Part shown: positions 46,828-56,169 of the stretch, piece by piece
Position numbering within the stretch: position 1 is the first letter of the stretch
How the letters are laid out: every line of letters starts with the position of its first letter
Origin: Deltaproteobacteria bacterium
Lineage (GTDB): Bacteria; Myxococcota_A; Polyangia; GCA-2747355
Direction: 5' to 3'
Assembly (NCBI GenBank): GCA_020633415.1
Contig: JACKDQ010000007.1
Span: 17,507 to 81,506 of the forward strand
Length of the DNA: 64,000 nt
Program-made: the position numbers and the translations under genes
The notes under the pieces: model-generated
Seen by the model: only the letters and a program-made list of their open reading frames with translations
The model's database searches: none
Told to the model about the DNA's origin: nothing

Positions 46828-47946
46828 CTAGCGGCCGAAGCCAGGGTTCTCGTCGAGCCAGGTCTTGGTTCCGGCGATTCCGCTAAAGTAGAGCGCAAAG
46901 TCGTCGGGGTTCGACGCGTTCTTGAGCGCCGTCTCATAGGTGACGACTTGGCGCTGGACCAGTTCGGTGAGGCTTTGATCGAAGGTGATCATGCCGTAGG
47001 GGTTGCGCCCCTCGGCGATCGCCTCGTGGATCTCCACCGTGCGCTGCGGTTCCTCGATCAACTCGCGTACGCGGGCGGTATTGACCAGCACCTCGACGGC
47101 GGGTGCCATCCCCTTACCATCGGCGCGTGGCAAGAGCCGCTGCGAGACGACGCCGCGCAGCGCCGAGGCCAGCTGCAGCCGGGCCTGCGTTTGTTTTTCG
47201 CCGGGAAACACCGAGACGATGCGGTTAACGGTTTCAACAGCGTCGGTGGTGTGCAGGGTTGAAAGCACCAAGTGTCCGGTCTCGGCGGCAAGTAGCGCGA
47301 TCTCGATGGTCTCCATATCACGCATCTCGCCGACGAGGATCACGTCCGGGTCTTGTCGTAGCGCGGCGCGCAGTGCGCGGCCAAACGAGGTCGTGTCCAG
47401 TCCAAGCTCGCGCTGGTTGATCACGCTGCGGCGATCGGAAAACGCATACTCGATCGGGTCCTCGATCGTAACGATATGGTAGGCGCGCGTGCGGTTGATA
47501 TGATCGAGCATCGCGGCCAGCGTTGTCGACTTGCCGCTGCCGGTAACTCCGGTAACGAGCACCAATCCGCGCTGCTCGTCGGCGAGCGAGGTCACCACGC
47601 TGGGCAAACCGAGCGTCTGAAACGGTGGAACCTCGGGAGGGATCAGGCGCAAAACCATGCCCAGCGTTCCGCGTTGCATGAAGACGTTGGTGCGGAAGCG
47701 ATGGCCGTTGGGAGAGGTGTATGCTAGGTCGGTTTCGTGGAACTTTTCGAACTCGCCGCGCTGGCGTTCGCTCATGATGTGTTCGGAAAATGCTTCGAGC
47801 GACTCGAGGTCGATCGCCGGGACGTCACGGACCGTGCGCAGATCGCCTTTGATCCGGAAGATCGGCGGCAGGCCGACCTTCAGATGGATGTCCGAAGCCC
47901 CGAGCCGCTGAGCGGCTGCCAAGACGCGTTCGATAGTGTCAAACAT
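46828..47946 (-). CDS. pilT: type IV pilus retraction ATPase, PilT family
   Basis: ASDIHLKVGLPPIFRIKGDL, Walker A GVTGSGKSTTLAAM, Asp box/Walker B DPDVILVGEMRD and His box TGHLVLSTLHT. The paralogue identity (PilT versus PilU-like) is not resolved. Confidence 0.85.
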   Translation of the reverse strand: MFDTIERVLAAAQRLGASDIHLKVGLPPIFRIKGDLRTVRDVPAIDLESLEAFSEHIMSERQRGEFEKFHETDLAYTSPNGHRFRTNVFMQRGTLGMVLRLIPPEVPPFQTLGLPSVVTSLADEQRGLVLVTGVTGSGKSTTLAAMLDHINRTRAYHIVTIEDPIEYAFSDRRSVINQRELGLDTTSFGRALRAALRQDPDVILVGEMRDMETIEIALLAAETGHLVLSTLHTTDAVETVNRIVSVFPGEKQTQARLQLASALRGVVSQRLLPRADGKGMAPAVEVLVNTARVRELIEEPQRTVEIHEAIAEGRNPYGMITFDQSLTELVQRQVVTYETALKNASNPDDFALYFSGIAGTKTWLDENPGFGR

Positions 47947-48037
47947 TGTTTCTTAACGGTAGCATAGCGCAACGCTGGGCTCACCAGGGTTTTCGCGGCG
48001 GGGTGTCTGTGTCCACCGCCCTGGGTATCTGCCGCGG

Positions 48038-48382
48038 TTGGCCCTGGGTTGGGCTGCTGAGGCTTGCTCAGCTCAGCGCGTGCGGCAGGTTGTGAGCGGG
48101 TTGGAGAAAAATCGTTCATTTTCAGACGATTCGCTGGACCGACCGGCCGGTTGTCCGCGCTGTCTAGCGCCACCAGAGGCCGGCGACAGACATTGTCGCC
48201 GCTGCGGTGCGTCCTTTCTCGGTGGCGTGTTCGACCCGCAGTCAGCGGCCTTCGATGAAGGGCTCGACGGTAGGCCGCCCGCCGTGCTGCGATGGTTGTT
48301 TTGGCTGCTGCTCTGTCCAGCACTGACCGCTTCAGCGGCCTGGGCGACTTATCAGCTATTGAGCTGGCTGCGCCCCCGTTAG
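48038..48382 (+). CDS. possible zinc-ribbon membrane protein
   Basis: CPRC-x11-CRRC followed by a hydrophobic helix. Third-position G+C is only moderate and the start is unclear. Confidence 0.3.
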   Translation: MALGWAAEACSAQRVRQVVSGLEKNRSFSDDSLDRPAGCPRCLAPPEAGDRHCRRCGASFLGGVFDPQSAAFDEGLDGRPPAVLRWLFWLLLCPALTASAAWATYQLLSWLRPR

Positions 48383-48463
48383 CATCGCGTTTCAGCGCGG
48401 CGATGGCTGCAGGAAGCGGTCAAGGACGCTTGGGACTTCCTTGGGCTGTGCAGCGAGGCTAGG

Positions 48464-49147
48464 ATGCCGCCGATGAGCAGCGCATTTTCAAGCGGCCGTT
48501 TGGGGCGCCGTGCCTTGCCGATTATCGTCGGTATCGCTGGGGGAACCGGATCGGGCAAGACGACGATCGCCCATCGAATCGCAGCGGGACTGCCGGCCAA
48601 CGCCGCGGTGGTGATCGAGCACGACAGCTATTATTACGATGGACCGGCGATGCCCGAACACCTGCGCAACGCAGGGAACTTCGATCACCCTGATGCGCTG
48701 GAGACCGGGCTGTTGATCGATCACATCAAGGCGCTGCGCGCTGGACGTGGCGCAGAATTGCCACAGTACGATTTCGGTGCTCATCGGCGGCTCGATCAGA
48801 CGCGCAGCGTGGGATCGGTGCCGATCGTCATCGTTGAAGGGATCTTGGCATTGGCCGTAGCCGATCTGCGCGCACTGTTTGATCTGAAGATCTTCGTCGA
48901 TACCGATGCGGATATCCGCATCATGCGTCGCGTTCGTCGGGACATGGAACAGCGGGGCCGAGACTTTTCCAGCATTCGCGAGCAGTACTACCGGACCGTG
49001 CGACCGATGCACTTGGCCTATGTTGAGCCTTCGAAACGCTTCGCCGATATCGTTATCCCCGAGGGCGGGGACAACCGCGTGGCGTTGGACACCATCGTCG
49101 GTAGGCTGCGCTACGACTTATCGAGCGCTGGTTTGTCGACGGATTGA
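48464..49147 (+). CDS. udk: uridine kinase
   Basis: IIVGIAGGTGSGKTT P-loop. Family-typical HDSYYYD, NFDHPDALE and FVDTDADIRIMRRVRRD. Confidence 0.9.
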   Translation: MPPMSSAFSSGRLGRRALPIIVGIAGGTGSGKTTIAHRIAAGLPANAAVVIEHDSYYYDGPAMPEHLRNAGNFDHPDALETGLLIDHIKALRAGRGAELPQYDFGAHRRLDQTRSVGSVPIVIVEGILALAVADLRALFDLKIFVDTDADIRIMRRVRRDMEQRGRDFSSIREQYYRTVRPMHLAYVEPSKRFADIVIPEGGDNRVALDTIVGRLRYDLSSAGLSTD

Positions 49148-49207
49148 CCTTTCCGTCCCGCGATCGCGCGGCGATCACGATTGGCCTGGTGGCGGCCTGT
49201 CGACGAA

Positions 49208-49744
49208 CTAGTTGGGGCCGAGGCTATTCCAGGGCGCTTCCCATACGGGCAAGACGGGCCCGGCGTTGTCTGTGGCTTCGGCGCCATTGCCTTGGTTTTC
49301 GACGTGATTGAGCAGCAGCGTCAAACGTCGCTGCGCTTCGCTATCCTCGGGATTTCGCTCGCAGTAGTTGCGCAGTGTCGCCACGGCGTCGTCGGTGCGA
49401 CCCATCTGCAGCAGCACGTCGCTGAGGTTGAGCGCAGCACCCGGGTGATCGGGAAAGATCGCCAGCGCCCGCTGGAAGTAGGTATAGGCGCCGACGACGA
49501 AGCCGATGCGCCAGACAACCACGCCGAGGTTGTTGTAGGGCGTCGCGTAATCGGGGAACAATTCGATCGCTCGCATAAAGCGGTCGATCGCGCCCGGGAG
49601 TTTGCCCGAACTAAAAAGCTGCTCACCTTGTTGATTGAGCTCGACGGCTCGCGCCTTGTCCGATTCACCTAGCGGTATCAACGGTGCCTCCCAGTTGTGC
49701 CGACGCTGACTAATATCAAGATGCGTGCCAGGCTGAGCGCGCAC
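49208..49744 (-). CDS. TPR repeat protein
   Basis: Three to four TPR units (AVELNQQGEQLFSSGKLPGAIDRFMRAIELFPDYATPYNNLGVV...YFQRALAIFPDHPGAALNL...). Confidence 0.7.
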   Translation of the reverse strand: MRAQPGTHLDISQRRHNWEAPLIPLGESDKARAVELNQQGEQLFSSGKLPGAIDRFMRAIELFPDYATPYNNLGVVVWRIGFVVGAYTYFQRALAIFPDHPGAALNLSDVLLQMGRTDDAVATLRNYCERNPEDSEAQRRLTLLLNHVENQGNGAEATDNAGPVLPVWEAPWNSLGPN

Positions 49745-49813
49745 GATCTCGGTTAGTTAGCGCAGTGACACGCGTGGCGATCGCCGAGGATTTGACGCTG
49801 AGGCTGTGGAGCG

Positions 49814-52000
49814 TCAGTTGGCTGCCGGAGCAAGGAGCGGAAGCGGCTCGCCGCGTTCGACCTGCTGACTGGTAACCTCTAGCCGATAGGAGCGTTGGCC
49901 AACGAGCAGGCGGTAGGCCGGTTCGAGCGGCTGGATCGGTGCCGGCGTTCGTTTGTCGGTCGGATAGGGCAGTCGAAGTTGAAGCGGTCGCCTGGCGCCG
50001 ATCCAAGCGCTGGTGCGCCAGACAAAGCGTCGTCCTCGCGGACCACCCAACGGCAAGCTCAGCTCCACGCGTTGGTCGGTTGCGCTGGTCAGCGTGAGCA
50101 GCGCTCCGATGACGCGCCGATAGAGCTTAAGGTCGCCTGGCGCGCCGGCTGGTGCTTGGGCGATATGCGCTTCCGCGATCAAGCGAAACCGGCCGCAAGC
50201 GGGGATCTGTCTGTTCTGGCGATCGCGTCCTTGCTGTCCGTCGCCGACGCCGAGCTGAATCAGCGTCGAGCGCTGGGCCGCAATACCGAGGGTGTCGACG
50301 GTGCTTTGGTAAGCAGCGACATCGGGCAGTCTTGCAGCACGGGCCATCGATGCCAGCGCTTCGGGCTCCAACGGACTGGTCAGCAGGTAACGCAAGCCCA
50401 GCCGCTCCATGGCCTCGGCGGTCTGCTCACAGGGCGAGAGCAGCAGCCGCAGGGCTTGGGCATTTGCTTCGTCGTAGGCGCGGATGCCGAAAAAATTGTT
50501 GGCCAGCGTTGGCCGCCCGCTGAGATAGGAAAGCACGTGACCGATCGACCAGTCGGCAAGCAACCCATAGTCGGTGCGCTCCGGCGTCAGCTGGCGAACC
50601 TGCCGAAAGAAGCGTTGACCAGCGCGCTGTGCTGGGGAGATTACTTCAAGCGAGAGGCTGTAAAAGAGCTGGGGCGTACTAAACGCGGCGAGCGCGCCGA
50701 GGATTAGCGCAAACAACCGCCGGTGCTGGCCGAGATGCTGACGTAGGCGAGCCAAGCCGACGCCGACCGCTAGCGCGCCAAACGGCGACCAGGCGCAAAG
50801 AAAGCGCGTCGACCCGCTGCCGGCGAGCAAGAGCAGCGTTGCGCCGAAGACGACCAACAGCGATCCGCTGCGCCAGGCATGGTCCGCGTCCGACGACGGT
50901 TGGCCAGGGCTGCGGCGCCAGAGCAATAGTGCCGGTGTGGCAACCGCGAAAGCCAACAGCGGCCAGCCGACGAGGTCGACAACCAGTTGCGGCGCAGAAA
51001 GAATACCGCGCGATTCGAGTGATAGCGGCAAAAACGGATTATTCGAAAGGTAGGACAGCCCGTCGACCAGTGGGTTGCGGCAGCTTGGCACCAGCGCGAA
51101 CCCGCAGATCGCCAAGCCGGCGGCAAGCGCTGGCCCGCAGCGCAAGCGACGTAGTGGTGTGCGCAGGTAGATCGTCAAGCTGGCGGTCGCAGCGAACAGC
51201 GCCGCCAAGTGAAGCAAGCTCGGTGCGAAAAAGACGAAGCGGGTGCGCCAGGGCGAGGCCAGGCAGGCGGGGATTGCGCAAACCAAACCAAGCGACAGCA
51301 GCAGCGCGGCACGGAGGGCGATCCGATCGGCGATGTCCGCCTCGCGCAGGCGGAGCATCTGAATGCAAAGCAAGATCGCCGCGCAGATCAGTCCGAGCAA
51401 GATCAGCGCCCCAGGAACGAACAGCAACAGGCCACCCACGGCGAGCGCACCGATCGCGATCGACGAGCGCCGCTTGCTGACCAATGGCCAGCAGATCAGC
51501 ATCAGGAAGAGCGGTTCGAACAGGTGATGGTCGAATCGCGAAATCACGCTGTACTGCACGTGGGCCGGAATGATCACCAATAGCGCGGCCGCGGTTGTGG
51601 CGCCGATCAGACCGAGCCAGCGCTTAGTGCCGAGGAATAGCAGCAAGACGGTTAGTGCGCCGACCAAAGGAGGGATCCAGGCGGCGATCGCCCCGAGGCT
51701 TGCGCGCGGACCGAGTCCGCCAAGCTTAGCAATCGTTGCCAAGAGCAATGGCATGCCGGGGGGCCAAATCAGCTCGCCGCCATGAGGAAAGTTCAACCGC
51801 GGATCGTGGTTGGGAACCTTGGGATAGTTGTCTAGCGTCTGCTGGGTGCGGATTAGATGATAGGGCGGATCATCAGCGAAGACGAAGGTCTCGTCGCCGA
51901 CGAAGACTTGCTGATAGGCCGCCGAGCGCAGCGAAAACGCGGCGAAGAATAGCAGCGCTCCGATCAGCAGCGCGGGCAGTCGGCGTTTAGTTAGCAGCAC
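49814..52000 (-). CDS. GT-C fold membrane glycosyltransferase, STT3/AglB-like with degenerate WWDxG
   Basis: GTG 52000 gives MLLTKRRLPALLIGALLFFAAF. The first loop FADDPPYHLIR resembles the STT3 DPxx(Y/F)xxR motif, and SRFDHHLFEP follows later. There are more than 10 TM helices, then YGLLADWSIGHVLSYLSGRPTLANN at the WWDYG position. The track start 52444 overlaps the upstream gene. Confidence 0.5.
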   Translation of the reverse strand: MLLTKRRLPALLIGALLFFAAFSLRSAAYQQVFVGDETFVFADDPPYHLIRTQQTLDNYPKVPNHDPRLNFPHGGELIWPPGMPLLLATIAKLGGLGPRASLGAIAAWIPPLVGALTVLLLFLGTKRWLGLIGATTAAALLVIIPAHVQYSVISRFDHHLFEPLFLMLICWPLVSKRRSSIAIGALAVGGLLLFVPGALILLGLICAAILLCIQMLRLREADIADRIALRAALLLSLGLVCAIPACLASPWRTRFVFFAPSLLHLAALFAATASLTIYLRTPLRRLRCGPALAAGLAICGFALVPSCRNPLVDGLSYLSNNPFLPLSLESRGILSAPQLVVDLVGWPLLAFAVATPALLLWRRSPGQPSSDADHAWRSGSLLVVFGATLLLLAGSGSTRFLCAWSPFGALAVGVGLARLRQHLGQHRRLFALILGALAAFSTPQLFYSLSLEVISPAQRAGQRFFRQVRQLTPERTDYGLLADWSIGHVLSYLSGRPTLANNFFGIRAYDEANAQALRLLLSPCEQTAEAMERLGLRYLLTSPLEPEALASMARAARLPDVAAYQSTVDTLGIAAQRSTLIQLGVGDGQQGRDRQNRQIPACGRFRLIAEAHIAQAPAGAPGDLKLYRRVIGALLTLTSATDQRVELSLPLGGPRGRRFVWRTSAWIGARRPLQLRLPYPTDKRTPAPIQPLEPAYRLLVGQRSYRLEVTSQQVERGEPLPLLAPAAN

Positions 52001-52047
52001 TAGGTGCCAGCCTAGCCAAATTCGCGCTCCACGACCAGGTCTGGCGA

Positions 52048-52878
52048 TCAGTTGTGCGATTTGCGCCAGAGCGCGGCAAGGTCGGTCAGTGCCAGGTATG
52101 GTGGTGCAAAGGCCAACGCCGAGAGCACCAGGGGCATCGATGGTCGATGCAGTGCGAGCAGTACAAAAAATAACGCGGAGGGTGGAATTCGCAGCAGCAT
52201 TGTCGACAGCGGAACGTTGCGGTGGCTGCGTTGGCGAAGTAGCCACCAGGTGGCGACCAACGAGATCGGCCAGAAGCAAGCTGGTCCGAGCCAAGGAGCG
52301 ATCGGGCGATCGAGCCAGCGGAGTGCGCCCCACCAAGTGGCGAGTAGCGCGGGATGCAGCAGTAGCGGCGGCAAGATCGCCAGCAGCAGCGGGTGGCGAT
52401 TGCGATGGAGCAGCCAGCAAGCCGTGGCGGCGAACAAAGCCCAACCGAGCACACCGATCGGCGGAACGTCAAACAGTCCCGGATGGCTCCAGCGCCACAG
52501 CCCGGCACGCACGGCGATCGGTTCGATCATCCAAGCGTCGAAAAAGACGAGCAGCGCGGCAACCAGTGGCGTGCGGATCGCGGCGCTTTTGCAGATCGCC
52601 GTGGCGATGTCGTTGGCCGAGATGATCACCGCCGGCCAGATCAACGCGATCGCCAGCGGAACGACGCCGACGAAACCGTGCCAGCCGTGGGTGTAGCGAT
52701 AAAACTGGTAGAGCTCGATTACGCTCTGCTCCGACAGCCAAGCGCCGGCGGCCAGGGCGAGGTAGTTGGCGATCAATCTGTTGGAGCGAGGCGCTAGGCG
52801 GGAGCGTGCGAGCACGAAAGCGACGACGATCGCCGCGCAGAGCACCTCAAACAGCGCCATGGGCATGGCGAGCGTCAT
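52048..52878 (-). CDS. CruF / DUF422 (Caroten_synth)-like integral membrane protein
   Basis: ELYQFYRYTHGWHGFVGVVPLAIALIWP and FFDAWMIEPIAVRAGLWRWSHPGLFDVPPIGVLGW match my recollection of the carotenoid 1,2-hydratase (CruF) family. ATG 52878 overlaps the UbiA stop (ATGA). Confidence 0.6.
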   Translation of the reverse strand: MTLAMPMALFEVLCAAIVVAFVLARSRLAPRSNRLIANYLALAAGAWLSEQSVIELYQFYRYTHGWHGFVGVVPLAIALIWPAVIISANDIATAICKSAAIRTPLVAALLVFFDAWMIEPIAVRAGLWRWSHPGLFDVPPIGVLGWALFAATACWLLHRNRHPLLLAILPPLLLHPALLATWWGALRWLDRPIAPWLGPACFWPISLVATWWLLRQRSHRNVPLSTMLLRIPPSALFFVLLALHRPSMPLVLSALAFAPPYLALTDLAALWRKSHN

Positions 52879-53765
52879 TGAAGATAAGCGCCAGGTAGCC
52901 CGAATAGGTACCAGAAGTGATAGATGATCAGCAGCGCCGCGCCGATCCAGGTGATGTTGACGCAAAAGGCCGAACTGATCGCTTTCCGCCTCAGTGCGGT
53001 CTTGTAGGCGGCAAGCTGAATCAATGGCGCTGCGAACATGATAAAGATCTTCCAGGGCAATACCTTCAGCGCGTAACCCGCGCCGATCGTCACCAACGAC
53101 CCGATCAGCAATCCGTCGATGATCCAAATCGCGGCCCGCTCGCCGTGGACGACGATGAAACTATGCACACCGGCACGACGGTCACCCGGGGCGTCGCGTA
53201 GGTCGTAGATCACTTCATAGCTCAGCTCGAACAAGAAGAAGAACGCCGCGCTGCAGATCACCGTGTCCAGGCCGATCGTCGGCAGGCGTTCTGCCACGGC
53301 CAGCGGATAGCCGAAGACGGTCAGCAAGAAACCGGTGGCTGAAGCCGTGTTTTTGAGCAAGTACATCTGTTTGAGGCGGCGCCTTCCGGGAAGCAATCGC
53401 CAATTATAAAGCAGGCCCAACATATGGTAGGCGGCGCGGAGCGCGCTGAGTGTTAGCGGGTAGAGCAGCAGTGAACCGAGGAAAGAGCCGCCGAGCAGCG
53501 AGAAGCCAAGCACTGTGATGGCACGGGTGTGTCGGGCGGCAAAGCCAGCACCGACGATCTCGTTTTCCTGATCTTCGATCTGATCGGTGACTCGGTTGAG
53601 CAGGTTGACGAGAAACCAGTCCAATGCCGAAACAGCTGCTATCGACCAGAGGTATCTGCCGGTAAAAACCCAGCCGAAAGTTAGCGTGGCCACCGCGGCG
53701 ATCGCCACGATGTGCAGGCGCGCCACCGAAAGCGCCGGCTTTACCGTGAATCGCCCTGTTGTCAC
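52875..53765 (-). CDS. UbiA-family prenyltransferase
   Basis: First Asp-rich motif NRVTDQIEDQEN (NxxxDxxxD) and second YDLRDAPGDRRAG. About eight TM helices. GTG 53765 was chosen because the track start 53852 overlaps the upstream gene. Confidence 0.8.
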   Translation of the reverse strand: MTTGRFTVKPALSVARLHIVAIAAVATLTFGWVFTGRYLWSIAAVSALDWFLVNLLNRVTDQIEDQENEIVGAGFAARHTRAITVLGFSLLGGSFLGSLLLYPLTLSALRAAYHMLGLLYNWRLLPGRRRLKQMYLLKNTASATGFLLTVFGYPLAVAERLPTIGLDTVICSAAFFFLFELSYEVIYDLRDAPGDRRAGVHSFIVVHGERAAIWIIDGLLIGSLVTIGAGYALKVLPWKIFIMFAAPLIQLAAYKTALRRKAISSAFCVNITWIGAALLIIYHFWYLFGLPGAYLQ

Positions 53766-53788
53766 GAGAGCCCCCGGGTGGCGTGCGG

Positions 53789-55168
53789 TCAGTTGCGCAG
53801 ACTGGTCAGCGGCGCCGGTATTTGGCCGCCGCGACCGACGAATCTGTCGCACGAAAAGGAATTGACCGGTTGGACTTGGGCCACGCCCAATAGACCGCCG
53901 TAGTCGAAGCTTTCGCCCGGTCCCTTGCCGGGGACGGGGATAATCCGGACCGCGGTCGTCTTGTTGTTGACCACGCCGATCGCGATTTCGTCGGTAATGA
54001 TACCTGCCAGGGTTGCTGCCGATGTATCACCCGGGACGGCGACCATATCGAGGCCCACCGAGCAGACAGCGGTCATCGCTTCCAGCTTCTCGAGACTCAG
54101 CGCGCCCTCGCGAACGGCAGCGACCATTGCCGCGTCCTCGCTCACCGGAATGAAGGCGCCAGAAAGTCCGCCCACGGCCGAGGAGGCCATCATTCCGCCC
54201 TTCTTTACTGCGTCGGTCAGCAGCGCCAGGGCTGCCGTGCTGCCGGGAGCGCCCGCGCGCTGCAGGCCGAGCTCTTCGAGAATCTCGGCGACCGAATCGC
54301 CGATCGCCGGTGTCGGCGCCAGGCTCAGGTCGACGACGCCAAAACGAACTCGATCACCAAGGCGGCGGACCACCTCACGCCCGATCAGCTCGCCGGCACG
54401 TGTGACTTTGAAAGCCGTACGCTTGATCGCATCGGCGACTTCATCGAGGCGGCAACGTGGCTGATGACGAAACAGGCGCTTTAGCGTTGAGAGGACGACG
54501 CCCGGACCGCTGACTCCGACGTTGATCACAGTTGCCGCTTCGCCGATGCCGTGCATCGCGCCGGCGATGAACGGGTTGTCATCGGGGATGTTTGCGAAGA
54601 TCACCAGCTTTGCGCAGCCGATACCGCCTTGGTCGGCGGTTGCCTCTGCCAAGGCTTTGACTTGTGCGGCCATTAGGTTGATCGCGTCGACATTGATGCC
54701 TGCGCGTGTCGTTGCCACGTTGATCGACGAACAGACCCGTTCTGTAGTCGACAGCGCACGCGGAATCGCATCGATCAGATTGCGATCACCTGGTGTCATT
54801 CCCTTTTGCACGAGTGCCGAGAAGCCGCCGATATAGTCGACGCCAACTTCAGCGGCGGCACGGTCCATCGCCTGGGCAAACGGCACGTAATCCGAGCTTT
54901 GTGCTGATTCGGCGATCAACGCGATCGGCGTGACCGAAAGTCGCTTGTTGGTGATCGGCACGGCGTAGTCTGCTTGGATCGCGTCAATCGTGGGCACCAA
55001 CTGATCGGCGGTGCGTTGCAGGTGTTCGCGGATCGCAGCGCAGGCGTGTTCGGCTGAAGGGTGCGCTAGGCCGCGCAGCGAAACGCCCATCGTCACCGTC
55101 CGAATGTCGAGATGTTCATTCTCGATCATTCGCAGGATTTCGGTGACCTCGTCGCGCTGCCAGAACAT
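53789..55168 (-). CDS. UPF0210 / DUF711 family protein
   Basis: The N-terminus [25 protein letters not shown] and the overall length are typical of the UPF0210 family. Confidence 0.75.
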   Translation of the reverse strand: MFWQRDEVTEILRMIENEHLDIRTVTMGVSLRGLAHPSAEHACAAIREHLQRTADQLVPTIDAIQADYAVPITNKRLSVTPIALIAESAQSSDYVPFAQAMDRAAAEVGVDYIGGFSALVQKGMTPGDRNLIDAIPRALSTTERVCSSINVATTRAGINVDAINLMAAQVKALAEATADQGGIGCAKLVIFANIPDDNPFIAGAMHGIGEAATVINVGVSGPGVVLSTLKRLFRHQPRCRLDEVADAIKRTAFKVTRAGELIGREVVRRLGDRVRFGVVDLSLAPTPAIGDSVAEILEELGLQRAGAPGSTAALALLTDAVKKGGMMASSAVGGLSGAFIPVSEDAAMVAAVREGALSLEKLEAMTAVCSVGLDMVAVPGDTSAATLAGIITDEIAIGVVNNKTTAVRIIPVPGKGPGESFDYGGLLGVAQVQPVNSFSCDRFVGRGGQIPAPLTSLRN

Positions 55169-55174
55169 TGGCGT

Positions 55175-55714
55175 TTATACCCGCTGCAAGCTGCGCAGCA
55201 CGTCCTCGTGCATGACGACCACGCGAATCCCCTGCCGCTCCGCTGCAAGTTTCAGTTTGTCTTTGAGATCTGCCAGGCTGATCGTCAACGAATCGAGTGC
55301 GACTACCAAGATCAGCGTGAAGAAATCGGAGATGATTGTTTGGCTGACGTCTTGGATATTGCCGCCGGCTTCGGCGATCGAGGTTGTCAGGCTGGCGAGC
55401 ACGCCGCGTTTGTTAATCCCCGTGGCGGTGACGATCGCTCGCTCGGTAATCTCGCGGCGCGCGGTTTCAACACAGCTGGCGCAGGTCGGCAAACTGCCTG
55501 CCGGATGGGCGATCCGCGCGCCCAGGCCCGTTGTGATCGTGCCGTCGTCGTGCACTCGCAACGGAGCGCTGGGACTGGCCGCCGATCGCTCGGCTGGGTC
55601 CTCCAAGGCGCCGAGCACTTCGTGAGTAACGCGCTCGATCAGTTGAGGATCGAGCGTGCCTAAACGCTGGTGAAGCGCTTGGGTGACGGCGCGGACGATC
55701 GAATCAATAGCCAC
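55175..55714 (-). CDS. ACT-domain protein (UPF0237-like) with about 90-aa N-terminal extension
   Basis: The C-terminal 88 aa (RAIVTATGINKRGVLASLTTSIAEAGGNIQDVSQTIISDFFTLILVV...) is ACT-like. No internal start codon precedes it. Confidence 0.7.
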   Translation of the reverse strand: MAIDSIVRAVTQALHQRLGTLDPQLIERVTHEVLGALEDPAERSAASPSAPLRVHDDGTITTGLGARIAHPAGSLPTCASCVETARREITERAIVTATGINKRGVLASLTTSIAEAGGNIQDVSQTIISDFFTLILVVALDSLTISLADLKDKLKLAAERQGIRVVVMHEDVLRSLQRV

Positions 55715-55748
55715 GCGCCACTCCTCGGGCGCGGCCTACGCTTGCGCC

Positions 55749-56111
55749 CTAGGCCGCCGACTTGCGTTTGGCCGAAGCGGCTGCGCGGCGCTCAGCGTCG
55801 CGCAGGTGGCCCATCAAACGGACAACACTCTGCTCAGCTAGCGCAGTGCGATAGTCTTCGTCTTTCTTGCGGCCTTCAAGCTCGAGGATCGCGTCGATCA
55901 GTTTGTCTTTGCCACCGAAGCGCTTTTGAACCTCGTCGAGGGTAGCGACGAGGCGCAACAGTTTGGTGTTTGGCGCTGCCAACAAGCGGGCACGAAACTC
56001 ATCTTTCGATTCGCCTTCTGCCGGGTCGAGTTGACCGACAAGTTTGTCGACCAGCTTTTCCTTGCTGCCGTACTTGTCGTTTACCAGCTGGAGGGGCGTT
56101 TTCTTTGCCAT
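55749..56111 (-). CDS. small basic protein with internally duplicated helical motif
   Basis: GGTGGAG lies 8 nt upstream of the ATG. The motif K(Y/F)G(S/G)K(E/D)KL(V/I)D occurs twice (VNDKYGSKEKLVDKLV and VQKRFGGKDKLIDAIL). Confidence 0.6.
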   Translation of the reverse strand: MAKKTPLQLVNDKYGSKEKLVDKLVGQLDPAEGESKDEFRARLLAAPNTKLLRLVATLDEVQKRFGGKDKLIDAILELEGRKKDEDYRTALAEQSVVRLMGHLRDAERRAAASAKRKSAA

Positions 56112-56169
56112 CTGACTACTCCACCGCCGTGCGGCACGTTAGGGCGCGTAATTTGTTTGTTTTTCCCCC

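Noticed and set aside
52001-52444. N-terminal extension of the GT-C ORF (track start 52444)
   Set aside because: It overlaps the 3' end of the CruF-like gene by about 400 nt. GTG 52000 gives a classic short basic N-terminus followed by TM1.
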